From NCBI GenBank assembly GCA_038227875.1, contig JBBRPR010000024.1:32001-96000 (forward strand): a stretch of DNA of 64,000 bases, written 5' to 3'. The position numbers and the translations under genes were made by a program. The notes beneath the pieces were generated by a model that ran no database searches, had not been told where the DNA came from, and saw only the letters and a list, made by a program, of their open reading frames with translations. Positions 20,119-29,652 of this stretch are shown piece by piece (position 1 is the stretch's first letter; every line of letters starts with the position of its first letter). This DNA is from Planctomycetota bacterium. Lineage in GTDB: Bacteria; Planctomycetota; SZUA-567; H5-PLA8.

Positions 20119-21504
20119 ATGCCCCAGCTCCGTCTGGCTCACCTCTCCGATCTTCACCTTCGTCACGCGCAGCCCGGCTCGGCCCACGTCGTCGAACGCC
20201 GCAGCCGCGTCATGCTGGAACTTCTCTCTCGAGCGTTGGAAGAAATTGCACAGCGCTATGTCGATTTTCTCGCCATCACCGGCGACCTGATCGACGTCCC
20301 GCATCACCTGCTCTATCCCAACGATTACTACGCGTGGCAGCAGCAGCAGGAACTGCAACGCAGCGAAGCCATCGACGATTACCGCGCCATCAAGCAACTG
20401 CTCGACGCCACCGGCATGCCGTTCCTCGTGCTGCCAGGCAATCACGATTACGAACCGGCGTTCTGGGAAGTCTTCGATCGCGGGCCGCATCTGGTCAGCG
20501 CCGGCGGATATGCCATCGCGCGCTTTTGCGACCGCGAATGGGAAGGCCACGTCCCCCGGCGCCTGGACCGCGAACGGAAATTCTGGGCGCGTCTTCTCAG
20601 CGACCCCAACGCGCCGCCGCAGATTCATCTCCAGCACTACGTGATCACGCCGGAACTCAACCAGGGCTACCCGCACACGTACTTCGAACACGAGGAACTC
20701 AAGCGGCGCATGGTCGCCAGTGGCACCGTGGCGCTCTCGCTCTCCGGCCATTACCATTCCGGCACAGATCTGATCCGCGAAGGCGCCTGCACGTTCACGA
20801 CCGCGCCGGCCTTCTGCGATTTCCCGCACCGCTACCGCATCTACGAACTCCACGACCACGACGTCGCCAGCCAGACGCACGCGCTGCTGCAGCAGCCGCA
20901 CGGCGCCGGCCGCCGCGCCGTCTTTCTCGATCGCGACGGCGTGATCAACACGCTGGCCGCCTACAGCAGCGGACCCGATGAGATGAAACTCATTCCCGGA
21001 GCCGCCGCCGCGATTCGCCGTCTGCGCGAAGCCGGATTTGCCTGCGTGGTCGTCAGCAACCAGTCCGCCATTGGCATGGGTTACGTCACGCCGGAGACCG
21101 TCCAAGGCGTCAACGAACGCATGTGCCGCCTGCTGCGCGACGAAGCCGGAAGTCCCGCCGCCGAACCCGATGCCATCTTCTTCAGCCGCGGCGCCGAACA
21201 TCCCTGCCACCCCGCATTCGGTGGCATGCGCGATTCCAAACCCGAACCCCACTACATCCACCGCGCCGCCGAACTGCTCGGCCTGAACCTGAGCGGCTCG
21301 TACATGATCGGCGACCGCGCCAGCGACATGGAATTCGGCCACCGCGCCGGCTTGACCGCGATCCTCGTCCGCACCGGCGCCGGCGCCGAATCCGAGCACG
21401 ACGCCTACATCAAAGCGCACCCCAATTGCCAGATCAGCGCCGACCTCGCCGCCGCGGCAGACGCGATTCTGAGCCAAAGAGAACGGAATCAGATCAATGG
21501 CTAA
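20119..21504 (+). CDS. fusion of an Icc/CpdA-like metallophosphoesterase and a GmhB/HisB-type HAD IIIA phosphatase
   Basis: HLSDLH, TGDL, PGNHD, LSGHYH; then AVFLDRDGVIN, VSNQS, SKPEP, SYMIGDRASD. Confidence 0.9.
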   Translation: MPQLRLAHLSDLHLRHAQPGSAHVVERRSRVMLELLSRALEEIAQRYVDFLAITGDLIDVPHHLLYPNDYYAWQQQQELQRSEAIDDYRAIKQLLDATGMPFLVLPGNHDYEPAFWEVFDRGPHLVSAGGYAIARFCDREWEGHVPRRLDRERKFWARLLSDPNAPPQIHLQHYVITPELNQGYPHTYFEHEELKRRMVASGTVALSLSGHYHSGTDLIREGACTFTTAPAFCDFPHRYRIYELHDHDVASQTHALLQQPHGAGRRAVFLDRDGVINTLAAYSSGPDEMKLIPGAAAAIRRLREAGFACVVVSNQSAIGMGYVTPETVQGVNERMCRLLRDEAGSPAAEPDAIFFSRGAEHPCHPAFGGMRDSKPEPHYIHRAAELLGLNLSGSYMIGDRASDMEFGHRAGLTAILVRTGAGAESEHDAYIKAHPNCQISADLAAAADAILSQRERNQING

Positions 21505-21575
21505 TTTTTCCCTGAAAAGAGATTTGCTCTCGTCCGATCACTGTTAAAGTAGGATGACCAACGGAGTGAATACAC

Positions 21576-22259
21576 GTGTCAGTAGCGATTAGGGCAGCCA
21601 ACTCAAACACAATCTACCGCGGTCGTCAACCGTGGGAGTTGCCGCTTTACTCTACCTATGAAGCTGCACACTACGTCGGTTTACCGGTCAGCACTGCGTA
21701 CGCTTGGCTGGAAGGAGAGGCCAAGCTCGTACGCCTTAAGCGCGAATCGTCGTTGCTGAATTTTAAGAATCTGGTCGAGCTTTATGTGTTAAACACGTTG
21801 CGCCGCCATCATCGCATTCCGTTGGCGCAAGTGCGTCGCGCCGTAACGTACCTGAAAGAAAAGATGAACCTGGAGTATCCGTTGGCAGATTGCCCGCTGG
21901 ACACCTACGGTACCAGCGTCTTCATGGAACGGGTTGGTTCATTGATCAATCTTTCCGAAGCGGGCCAGTTGGAATTTCAGCAACTTATCGCTCCGTACCT
22001 GAAGCGTGTAGAGCGCGGCCCGCACAACGAACCGTTGCGCGTTTTCCCCATCACCAGCAAAAACGCCACCGCCCATTTTGTTTCCATCGACCCTGCGGTC
22101 CAATTTGGACGTCCGTGCATTGCGGGGACCCGCATCAAAACAGAAATTTTGCTCGAGCGTCGTAAAGCCGGCGATTCCATCGCGGCGCTCGCAAAAGATT
22201 ATGGACTTACCCCGCGCCAGATTACGGAAGCTATTAGCTACGAACAGGGAGCGGCTTAG
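21576..22259 (+). CDS. DUF433-containing antitoxin (VapB45-like)
   Basis: PLYS..EAAHY HTH, LNFKNLVELYVL, IDPAVQFGRPCIAGTRI...AGDSIAALAKDYGL. Confidence 0.9.
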   Translation: MSVAIRAANSNTIYRGRQPWELPLYSTYEAAHYVGLPVSTAYAWLEGEAKLVRLKRESSLLNFKNLVELYVLNTLRRHHRIPLAQVRRAVTYLKEKMNLEYPLADCPLDTYGTSVFMERVGSLINLSEAGQLEFQQLIAPYLKRVERGPHNEPLRVFPITSKNATAHFVSIDPAVQFGRPCIAGTRIKTEILLERRKAGDSIAALAKDYGLTPRQITEAISYEQGAA

Positions 22260-22674
22260 CCGTTACACTTTCCTGGTGGATGTTTCACTGGGCAGAGGTG
22301 TGACCGATGCGCTCAAAAAGCATCATTTTTCTGTCGTTGACCACAAAGAAAACTTTTCTGCATCTGCGGATGACGTCACATGGTTGACACGCGCTGGAAA
22401 GCTTCAACGTTCAGACAGAAAACTTTTTTACATTGTCATCACCAAGGACAAGCGAATGCATAGCGATAGCGAAGAATGCGCTGCAATTCGAGAAGCAGGG
22501 CTACGGCACTTTGCGATCACCTCCGGAAATATGACCGGAGAGGAACTACAGCATTTGATTCTCGAAAGTGTCGGTCAAATTGCAGATATTGTATTGTCCA
22601 ACGAACCGCCCTACATAGCGCGCATTACAAAATCGGGTGTTGAAATCAATCCATGGCCAAATACAGCGGGCTGA
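22201..22674 (+). CDS. PIN-like domain toxin (VapC45-like); start uncertain
   Basis: FLVDVSLGR, ADDVTWL, ITKDKRM, E..AI; directly downstream of the DUF433 gene. Confidence 0.8.
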   Translation: MDLPRARLRKLLATNRERLSRYTFLVDVSLGRGVTDALKKHHFSVVDHKENFSASADDVTWLTRAGKLQRSDRKLFYIVITKDKRMHSDSEECAAIREAGLRHFAITSGNMTGEELQHLILESVGQIADIVLSNEPPYIARITKSGVEINPWPNTAG

Positions 22675-22752
22675 TGTAAGAGCTTTTCTCCTCTCGTGCT
22701 ATAAACTTCATCTCTCGTCCCAACTCTTTACTGCGTTTCGAGGTCCCCCCAA

Positions 22753-25447
22753 ATGCGCCCGTTCTCTGTGCTTGTGCTCTGCGCCTGTCTGGCAACGCTC
22801 GCCGCGTCCGCTGCGGACGTCACCCCGTGGATCGACACCGACTTCGCCACCGCCACCGCCGGCGAGCCGATCGTCGACAAGGACGCCCGCGTCAGCGGAG
22901 TGCTCCCTGTCGGCTGGAACGAAAATTCCATGGGCTGGGCGAAAGTATGGATCAACTACGAACGCGCCGAAGCCGCCGGACGCGCCGGCCTCCACGTCAA
23001 CGTCTCGAAAATCGAATCCGGCCGCTGCCAGTTTTACCACCCGCTGCCAACCATCGACGGCGAATCGTACTTCCGCCTCACCTTCAACGCCCGCAGCACC
23101 AAGCACAGCGTCATCGCCGTCGGCATCCGCATGGTCGACGCGCCCTATGAATACCTCTGGAACCACGGCGCGACCCTGACCGAAACATGGAAAACCTTCA
23201 CGTATGATTTTCAGGCCGGCGCGACCACGCATCCGGTCGGCCTCTTCGTCATCGCCGATGGCGTGGCCGACTTCAATCTCGCCAGTCTTCAATTGATCAA
23301 GCGCTCGCGCGCCGAACTCATCGAGTCCCTCAAGGCGCAGTTCCCGGAAGCCTCCACGCGCAATCTGCTGAACGTCACGCGCTTCCCGCTCGGCCTGCAA
23401 TCCGGCAACGCCATCGGGCGCGATTTCTCCGACGGCGACAACGTCATCGTTGAACCCTCTACAGCGATGGGACCCAGCGGCGTTCCGGCGCTGAAAGTCC
23501 ACGCCGTCACCGGCCCGGTCTCGCTCACCTTCGGCCCGTTCGGCATCGCGCGCAGTTTCGAAACGCACACCGTCAGCATGTATCTCTCCGGCGAATTCAA
23601 AGGCCGCTTGCTCGTGATGTGCGACAGCCGCGAAATTGCGTCGACGCCGATCAACCCCGGGGCGGTGGTGGACCCGCGTGGAACTTCCCTTCTCGCCGCA
23701 TCTGCTCGGCCGCGCGTACGGCGTCCGCATCGAAGGCGCGCAGGAATTCCTCGTCAGCGATCTCCAGGTCAACGAAGGCAAAACCGCCACGCCCTTCAAA
23801 CCGTCCATGCCTTGCGAAGTCGCGCTCTCCGCCAATTCCAGCACGCGCGTCCACTTCGACGACCAGCCCGCCACTTTCGACTACTGCGTGATGGGCAACC
23901 CCGCCGGCGCGAAACTGGAAGTCCGCGTCGTCACGCTCTACGGCGAAAAACGCATCGACGCGCCGCTTAAGGAAACACCGCCCGGAGATGCCGCGCTGCA
24001 AAAAGGCTCGCTGAGCTACGACGTCTTTCCCACCAGGCCGTACGGTCCGTGGCGCATCGAAGCGCGCGTCGTCAAGGACGGCGTCGCGCTCAGCCCGTTC
24101 AACGAGCTCGTGCTCTACCGCCTGCACCGCCCCCATTATTGGGAGAAGGACGCGCCCGATTCGCCTTTCGGCACGCACACGCTCTCCACCACGCGCCACA
24201 TCCTCATGGCCAAATCCGCCGGCGTAAACTGGACCCGCCTGCACGACGCCGGGACGGAATACATCGGCTGGTATTACCTCGAACCCCAGCCCGGAAAGTG
24301 GGCCTTCCGCGACGCCGACATCGCCCGCTACCGCGCGCACGGCATGAAAATTCTCGGCGCCATCTCCACCGCGCCGCCGTGGGCCAGCCTGCTCGACAGC
24401 CCCACGCACGGCTACTTCGACAAATTTTTTCAGCCGAAAGATTACGACGCCTGGGCCAACTACGCGAAAGTCGTCGTCCAGCATTACGCCAAACAGATCG
24501 ACACGTACGAAATCTGGAACGAGCCGTGGGGCAACGAATTCTGGATCGCGCGATTCGATCCCACGAAAAAAGAGGGCCACGACGGACTCGTCACCAGCAA
24601 AGATCCGTCCGCCGATTACGCGCATCTGATGCAGGTCGCGTACACCGCCGTCAAAGCCGCGCAGCCGGAGATCAAGATCGTCGGCATCAACACCTCGACG
24701 GAAGAGAACGGCAGCAACTGGACGCGCGGCGTGCTCAAGCACGACGGCCTGAACAACTGCGACATCATCAGCTACCACGATTACACCAACGGCTTCGCCG
24801 GCGGCCCCAAGGACGTCGCCGAACAAGGCTACCAGGCCGCGATCGGCCCGATCCTCGCGCAAGCACCCGGCGGCAAGCTGCCCAAACCCGTCTGGATGAG
24901 CGAAGGCTCGTCGACCGCCAGCTCCATCGGCTCGGGCTTCTACCACTACACTGTCCCGTACCTCAACGAAGAGGACGTGACGTCGACCTCCGACCGGCTC
25001 TGCCGTTTCGTGATTGCCATCCTCGCGCAGGGCCCCGAAAAAGTGTTTTTGTACTCGATGCACAGCCACGATTATTTCGGCGCGCGCGATGAATGGCGCA
25101 CGCTGGTCACCGAAGACGGCTACCTTCACCCCTGCGCCGCCGCGCATTCCGCGATGGCCTGGTACCTGGAAGACACCAAATTCAAGCAACAACAAACGCT
25201 CGCCCGCGGCGTCACCGCCTACATCTTCGAAGGCAAAGACCGTGCCGTGCTCGTGCTCTCACCGGCCGCCGACCACGACAACTATTTCCTCCCGACCAGC
25301 AAAGAGGTGGAAACCGTCGACCTCTTCGGCAACCCCCTGACCGCCGGCACGCCGCTCGGATCGACGCTGATCTACATCACCGCCAAATCCGCCGCCGACC
25401 TGCAAACCGCGCTGAAGCTCGTCCCGTCCGACGCCCCGCGGAAATGA
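22753..25447 (+). pseudogene. secreted CBM4/9-like plus clan GH-A (GH39/GH5-like) glycoside hydrolase, split by a +1 frameshift near 23655-23662
   Basis: Signal peptide and CBM-like region in ORF 22753. The coding signal switches frame at AACCCCGGGGCGG into ORF 23636-25447, which carries EIWNEPW, ISYHDY and VWMSEG. Confidence 0.8.
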
Positions 25448-25748
25448 CGTCGCACGGAATGAACCGATCAGGAGCGCATCCGTCCCACACCCGCTCACAC
25501 CGAACTCAAATCGCCAGCCTGAAACGCAACGCGTTTGCAATTAAGGCCCGTCACGCCCGTCTTGGAATTTTGGCCTCGCTGTTGTGTGCCACGGGTGGCT
25601 CGTCCACCAGTGCCGACCTCGCGAACAAATTCGCCCGTCCATGATCCCACGATCACGACTAAATGGTACGACCTCGCGAGAGAAGACGGATCGCTCCTAC
25701 GGAGTGAACTCGCGGGAGCGCACGCCGCTGCCGTTCGCGCCGTTGCTC

Positions 25749-25836
25749 GGCCTGAAAGGCCGACCGTAAATAGCCATGGGCGGCAGCCCTTGGTACAGGT
25801 GTGGCCTTGGTTCTCCTGAGCCCTGCCAGGGCGACC
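25749..25836. repeat. palindromic REP-like elements (GGCCTGAAAGGCC..TAGCC; AGCCCTGCCAGGGCGAC)
   Basis: Same palindrome-GAC / TAGCC / palindrome-GCGAC organisation as 26439 and 29201. Confidence 0.55.
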
Positions 25837-25893
25837 GAGGCAGCGCCGAACACCGGCATTGCAGAAGCCTCGCCCGCGAAATAAAATCACCGC

Positions 25894-26412
25894 ATGACGA
25901 TTCGAACGCTGCTCTCCGAACTCCAATCCGCCTACGTCGACAACGGCTACACGCATAACGCGGGACTGTTGCCGCCCGCAACCAAGACCGAGATCGACGC
26001 GATCACGACTGCGCTGAAATTCCCCGTGCCCAAACAACTCCGAGAGGTCTTAAAAATTCACGGCGGCCAGCGGTCGTTGAGCAAAGGAGGCACTGAAGGC
26101 CTGTTCGGATCCCATCGCCTGCACACGCCAGCCCAGGTGATTCGAAACCATAAAATGTTTTTCGAACACTGTCTGCTCGACCCAGTCCCCGACTACCCGC
26201 CCGCAAAAGGCGAGCAGGGATATTGGGTGCCGGAACTCCTGCCGTTTGCCTCGTGGGACTCCTATAACTTATGTGTGCATTGCATCACCGGCGATGTATG
26301 GGATTTCGATCCCCACCGCGGCTTGATGCGGCCTCGCAAAAACATCGCCGCAGTGCTCTCCGAATTTCTGGAAGCCCTCCGCGCCGGAAAAGAACCCGAG
26401 ATGGCGTGGTGA
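25894..26412 (+). CDS. SMI1/KNR4 family protein (immunity-like)
   Basis: LLPPATKTEI...L..PVPKQLREVLKIHGGQ, WVPELLPFA...LCV...TG.V. Confidence 0.82.
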   Translation: MTIRTLLSELQSAYVDNGYTHNAGLLPPATKTEIDAITTALKFPVPKQLREVLKIHGGQRSLSKGGTEGLFGSHRLHTPAQVIRNHKMFFEHCLLDPVPDYPPAKGEQGYWVPELLPFASWDSYNLCVHCITGDVWDFDPHRGLMRPRKNIAAVLSEFLEALRAGKEPEMAW

Positions 26413-26438
26413 GTCAGTTCGCCGTGCCGCACCGGCCG

Positions 26439-26529
26439 TCAGCCGCGGAGCGGCGACATAAAGTAGCCCACGGCGTAAGCCGTGGGTCCCTGACGCCCGC
26501 AGACTCAAAGCCCCGGCAGGGGCGACATC
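26439..26529 (+). repeat. REP family C unit
   Basis: TCAGCCGCGGAGCGGCGACATA..GTAGCCCACGGCGTAAGCCGTGGG..AAAGCCCCGGCAGGGGCGACATC; direct copy at 29201-29290. Confidence 0.9.
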
Positions 26530-26603
26530 GCGATTCCCGTTGACCTCCCAGCGTCCGCCCCGCTATCATTATTTTCTGCTCCCAGCGCGCGGAGGCCGAT
26601 TTT

Positions 26604-26957
26604 ATGTTCGCCTGGTTAAAGCGTTGGGTGAAGAAGCCCTCCCCGGATACCGATGGCATAGCTTGTATCGCGACACCCGGTGAGATTTTCCCCTGGCCGA
26701 AGGGCGGCGTGATCACCGCCGTCGAAGAACTCGTAATCGCTTTGCCGTTAGCGCTCTTCGACAAGGATCGTCCGATGGGCGAGTACGTATTCGGACCGAA
26801 CGACATGCAAATCAACATCCCTCCGGATGGCGATAAATTTTTCATTCGCATGCTGCCCGGAATGTCGGTCAGTCTCGCAAAATCGTGCGACGCCTACGTC
26901 GTTGCGGATGACAAATCTCCGAGGCGAATGAAGGTCAGGCGCCCGCAGGCAAAGTGA
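26604..26957 (+). CDS. hypothetical protein
   Basis: GGAGG RBS; MFAWLKRWVKK amphipathic start; 117 aa. Confidence 0.7.
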   Translation: MFAWLKRWVKKPSPDTDGIACIATPGEIFPWPKGGVITAVEELVIALPLALFDKDRPMGEYVFGPNDMQINIPPDGDKFFIRMLPGMSVSLAKSCDAYVVADDKSPRRMKVRRPQAK

Positions 26958-27056
26958 ATGATGAGCTCGAGGCCTGAAAGCCCGAACTATCGATCCGCAG
27001 GTGCTCCTTCAAATAGGGTATAATGTCCCCGGCGATCACCGACGAAAGGACCCCGC

Positions 27057-29198
27057 GTGCCGGCCGATATTAATACGCTGATCCAGCGACTCTCGCACCG
27101 CGACTGTCGATTTCGCAGTAACATTGCGCAACAGCTCGTGGAGTTGGGAGCCGACGCGGAGCCCGCTTACGATACGATTGTCGCGATGCTCGAAGGCAAG
27201 CATCCGGACAATTTCTACGACTGGCACGAACTTACTTTCGTCCTCAAAAACGTCGACACCGCCAAGAAGCGGCCTGCGCCGCCGCGAACCCGCGCCGCCC
27301 TGGTTCACGCTATGAAGGAACTCAGCACGTGGATTAAGTTGAAGGACCTGGTTCACGAGATATCAACGTTGGGCTCCTATATTCTTCCGGCGGTGCTCGA
27401 CGCGTTGCCTGGCAATCCGTATTACTACCTGACTGTATTGTTCGTCATGGGCCCCGACGCCATTCCGGCCCTTCCGGTCCTGTTGGAATACAGCCGAAGC
27501 CAAGGTAAAAATCGCCTTCAGGGGTTGGCCTGTCTGACAATGCTGGGCATTTACACGCCCGAGGTCGAAAGCGCTTTTCGACAGGCTTTTGCAGAAATAC
27601 CGGATCCGGAAAACCTGATCAACGGTGTTGGGCGCATGGGACCCTTGGCCGGCAATCTCGTCCCGCTGCTGCATCACTATCTCAAGGACGCCAATCCCGG
27701 CGGCATTGCATCCACCGAAACCATCAGCGAAATGCGGTTCCGGCTGAGAATTTCCACCGAACGCAAAACGGCCGCGGCCCGGTCACTTGCCTCGATGGGT
27801 CCGCGCGCCCGGATTGCAGTTCCGGAGTTGATGACCTGCGCCAGGAGTAGCGACAAGGACTTGCGCCAGGCCGCGATGAACGCGTTCGCTCTTATGGGCG
27901 TCGAAGCGCGGAGCGCCGTGCCTTTATTGGAAGCACTCGGCAAACGCGAACGCTTTCCAGAAGTGCTCGCGTCGCTGCGCAGTACATTGAACCTTCTGAA
28001 ATGGACGGCTCCCATCGGGCGTTCTGCAGGGTCTCCGGTTGAGCTGGGAGAATTCATAGATGCCAAGCCTGACCCGGAAGCGTTGAAGTTGGCGCTTCAG
28101 CGGTGCCCCGACTTGATTTCCGAAAACCATGATACGCGAGTCTTCGCCGCACGAGACCTGCTAAGTTTCATCGGTCAACAAAAGCCGTTCGCGGACGCGA
28201 TCGTTCCAGCCGTGGTTAAGGCTCTCGAAAGTCCCATTTGGGAGAATGACCGTTGGCCGCTGCCCATTGAAATTTTGCATGAACTGGGTCCGCATGCCGT
28301 CGGTGCCGCACCGGCCGTCCTGCGCTGGCTGGCACAGAACCCGCAGACAGATAAGTTCTGGATCTTGCGAGATCTACAATTCAATTGCCAGGAGGTGCTG
28401 CCGGACTTGATTCGCATACTCGAATCCAAAGACCGCAGTCAAGTCGGCTGGATATTTTCAATCCTCGAAATCCTCGGCTCGCGCGCGCAGGCTGCAGTTC
28501 CTGAGGTCAGCACGTGGCTGGACGACGCCGTTCTGGGTCTGGCCGCCGCCAATACGCTGGCCAGTCTGGATCCGAATCAGGAACACGCTGACCGCGCGCT
28601 CCGCGTCGCTCACTCGTGGCCCGCTGAATACGATGGCGAGAGGGCCTTGCGCGTGGCTCGCATCGCCGCGCGGCTGGGCCCGAAGGCCGCCGCCGCCGTG
28701 CCCGAACTTACCGGCTACGTCTCCGCCGAATACTTGATCTTCAATCCCTTTAAAAACTACAAGCACTGGAATCTCACCTCCGCTTCCATCACCGCGCTGG
28801 GAAGCATCGGTCCCGCCGCGTCCGCCGCCGTGCCCAATCTCATCGGCGCGCTGGTTGCCGAGGTGGGTTCAGCTTTCGACGCATTGGTTCTCATCGGTCC
28901 CGCCGCCGCCCCGCACCTCCTACCCATGTTCGATCACCCCAACAGCCAGATGCGCATGAACAGCATCTGGATCTGCGCCCTGATCCAGCCCGACTCCACC
29001 GCATACGTCAGCGCCTTGCGCGCGGCCTTAAACGATGTCGAACCGGTAGTCCGCTGGTTCGCCGCCTGGGCGCTCAAATGCGCCGGCCCAAAAGCTCAGA
29101 GCACCGCCGCAGCCCTGCACGCCCTCTCAACCCGCGACACAGACAGCGAAGTCCGCGCCATCGCCGCGGAAGCGCACGCTGTCGTCACTCGCAACTGA
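27057..29198 (+). CDS. HEAT/PBS-lyase repeat protein
   Basis: Recurrent LG.MGP.A..AVPEL units; LNDVEPVVRWFAAWAL, DTDSEVRAIA; AAAGGA RBS before a GTG start. Confidence 0.88.
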   Translation: MPADINTLIQRLSHRDCRFRSNIAQQLVELGADAEPAYDTIVAMLEGKHPDNFYDWHELTFVLKNVDTAKKRPAPPRTRAALVHAMKELSTWIKLKDLVHEISTLGSYILPAVLDALPGNPYYYLTVLFVMGPDAIPALPVLLEYSRSQGKNRLQGLACLTMLGIYTPEVESAFRQAFAEIPDPENLINGVGRMGPLAGNLVPLLHHYLKDANPGGIASTETISEMRFRLRISTERKTAAARSLASMGPRARIAVPELMTCARSSDKDLRQAAMNAFALMGVEARSAVPLLEALGKRERFPEVLASLRSTLNLLKWTAPIGRSAGSPVELGEFIDAKPDPEALKLALQRCPDLISENHDTRVFAARDLLSFIGQQKPFADAIVPAVVKALESPIWENDRWPLPIEILHELGPHAVGAAPAVLRWLAQNPQTDKFWILRDLQFNCQEVLPDLIRILESKDRSQVGWIFSILEILGSRAQAAVPEVSTWLDDAVLGLAAANTLASLDPNQEHADRALRVAHSWPAEYDGERALRVARIAARLGPKAAAAVPELTGYVSAEYLIFNPFKNYKHWNLTSASITALGSIGPAASAAVPNLIGALVAEVGSAFDALVLIGPAAAPHLLPMFDHPNSQMRMNSIWICALIQPDSTAYVSALRAALNDVEPVVRWFAAWALKCAGPKAQSTAAALHALSTRDTDSEVRAIAAEAHAVVTRN

Positions 29199-29200
29199 TT

Positions 29201-29408
29201 TCAGCCACGGAGTGGCGACATATAGTAGCCCACGGCGTAAGCCGTGGGTTATCGACGCGCGAATCCAAAAGCCCCGGCAGGGGCGACATCCAACGTTTGC
29301 CGCCCCGCTGGGGCTCCTCAATTTTCACGGTCCGCGCACCCATGGCCCATTCGATTTACTCAGGGCAAGCTCACGCCATGGGCTACTGCATGCCGCCACT
29401 CCGTGGCT
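29201..29408. repeat. REP family C inverted doublet (REPIN-like)
   Basis: Unit 29201-29290 followed by an inverted partner TGCCGCCCCGCTGGGGCT..CCCATGGC..GCCATGGGCTAC..TGCCGCCACTCCGTGGCT. Confidence 0.85.
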
Positions 29409-29477
29409 AACGGCGAGCGCCGGGCCTTCGGCCCTTAAATAACGCCATGATGGCGCGAAAAATGGATTGCCAAGCCG

Positions 29478-29595
29478 TCGGACCCAACGGGTCCATTTAT
29501 GTCAGCGAAGGGCAAGGAGCATGGACGCGCATGCGTCCACGCTCCGCAGCCCTGGAAAAATGCGCGCCGTTTCAAAATTGTCCTGAAGGGACAAC
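29478..29595. repeat. related palindromic element (GGACCCAACGGGTCC...GTCCTGAAGGGAC)
   Basis: Terminal short hairpins and a central GGAGC.TGGACGC-GCAT-GCGTCCACGCTCC stem. Confidence 0.6.
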
Positions 29596-29652
29596 TTAGA
29601 ACGCGCCGCCAATCCGCGAAAACGCCGCGCGCGCAATCATGAAACGAAAAAA

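Noticed and set aside
26439..29408. Integron attC sites or an autonomous IS
   Set aside because: No clear RYYYAAC/GTTRRRY boxes, and no integrase or transposase ORF. Kept as REP-like repeats.
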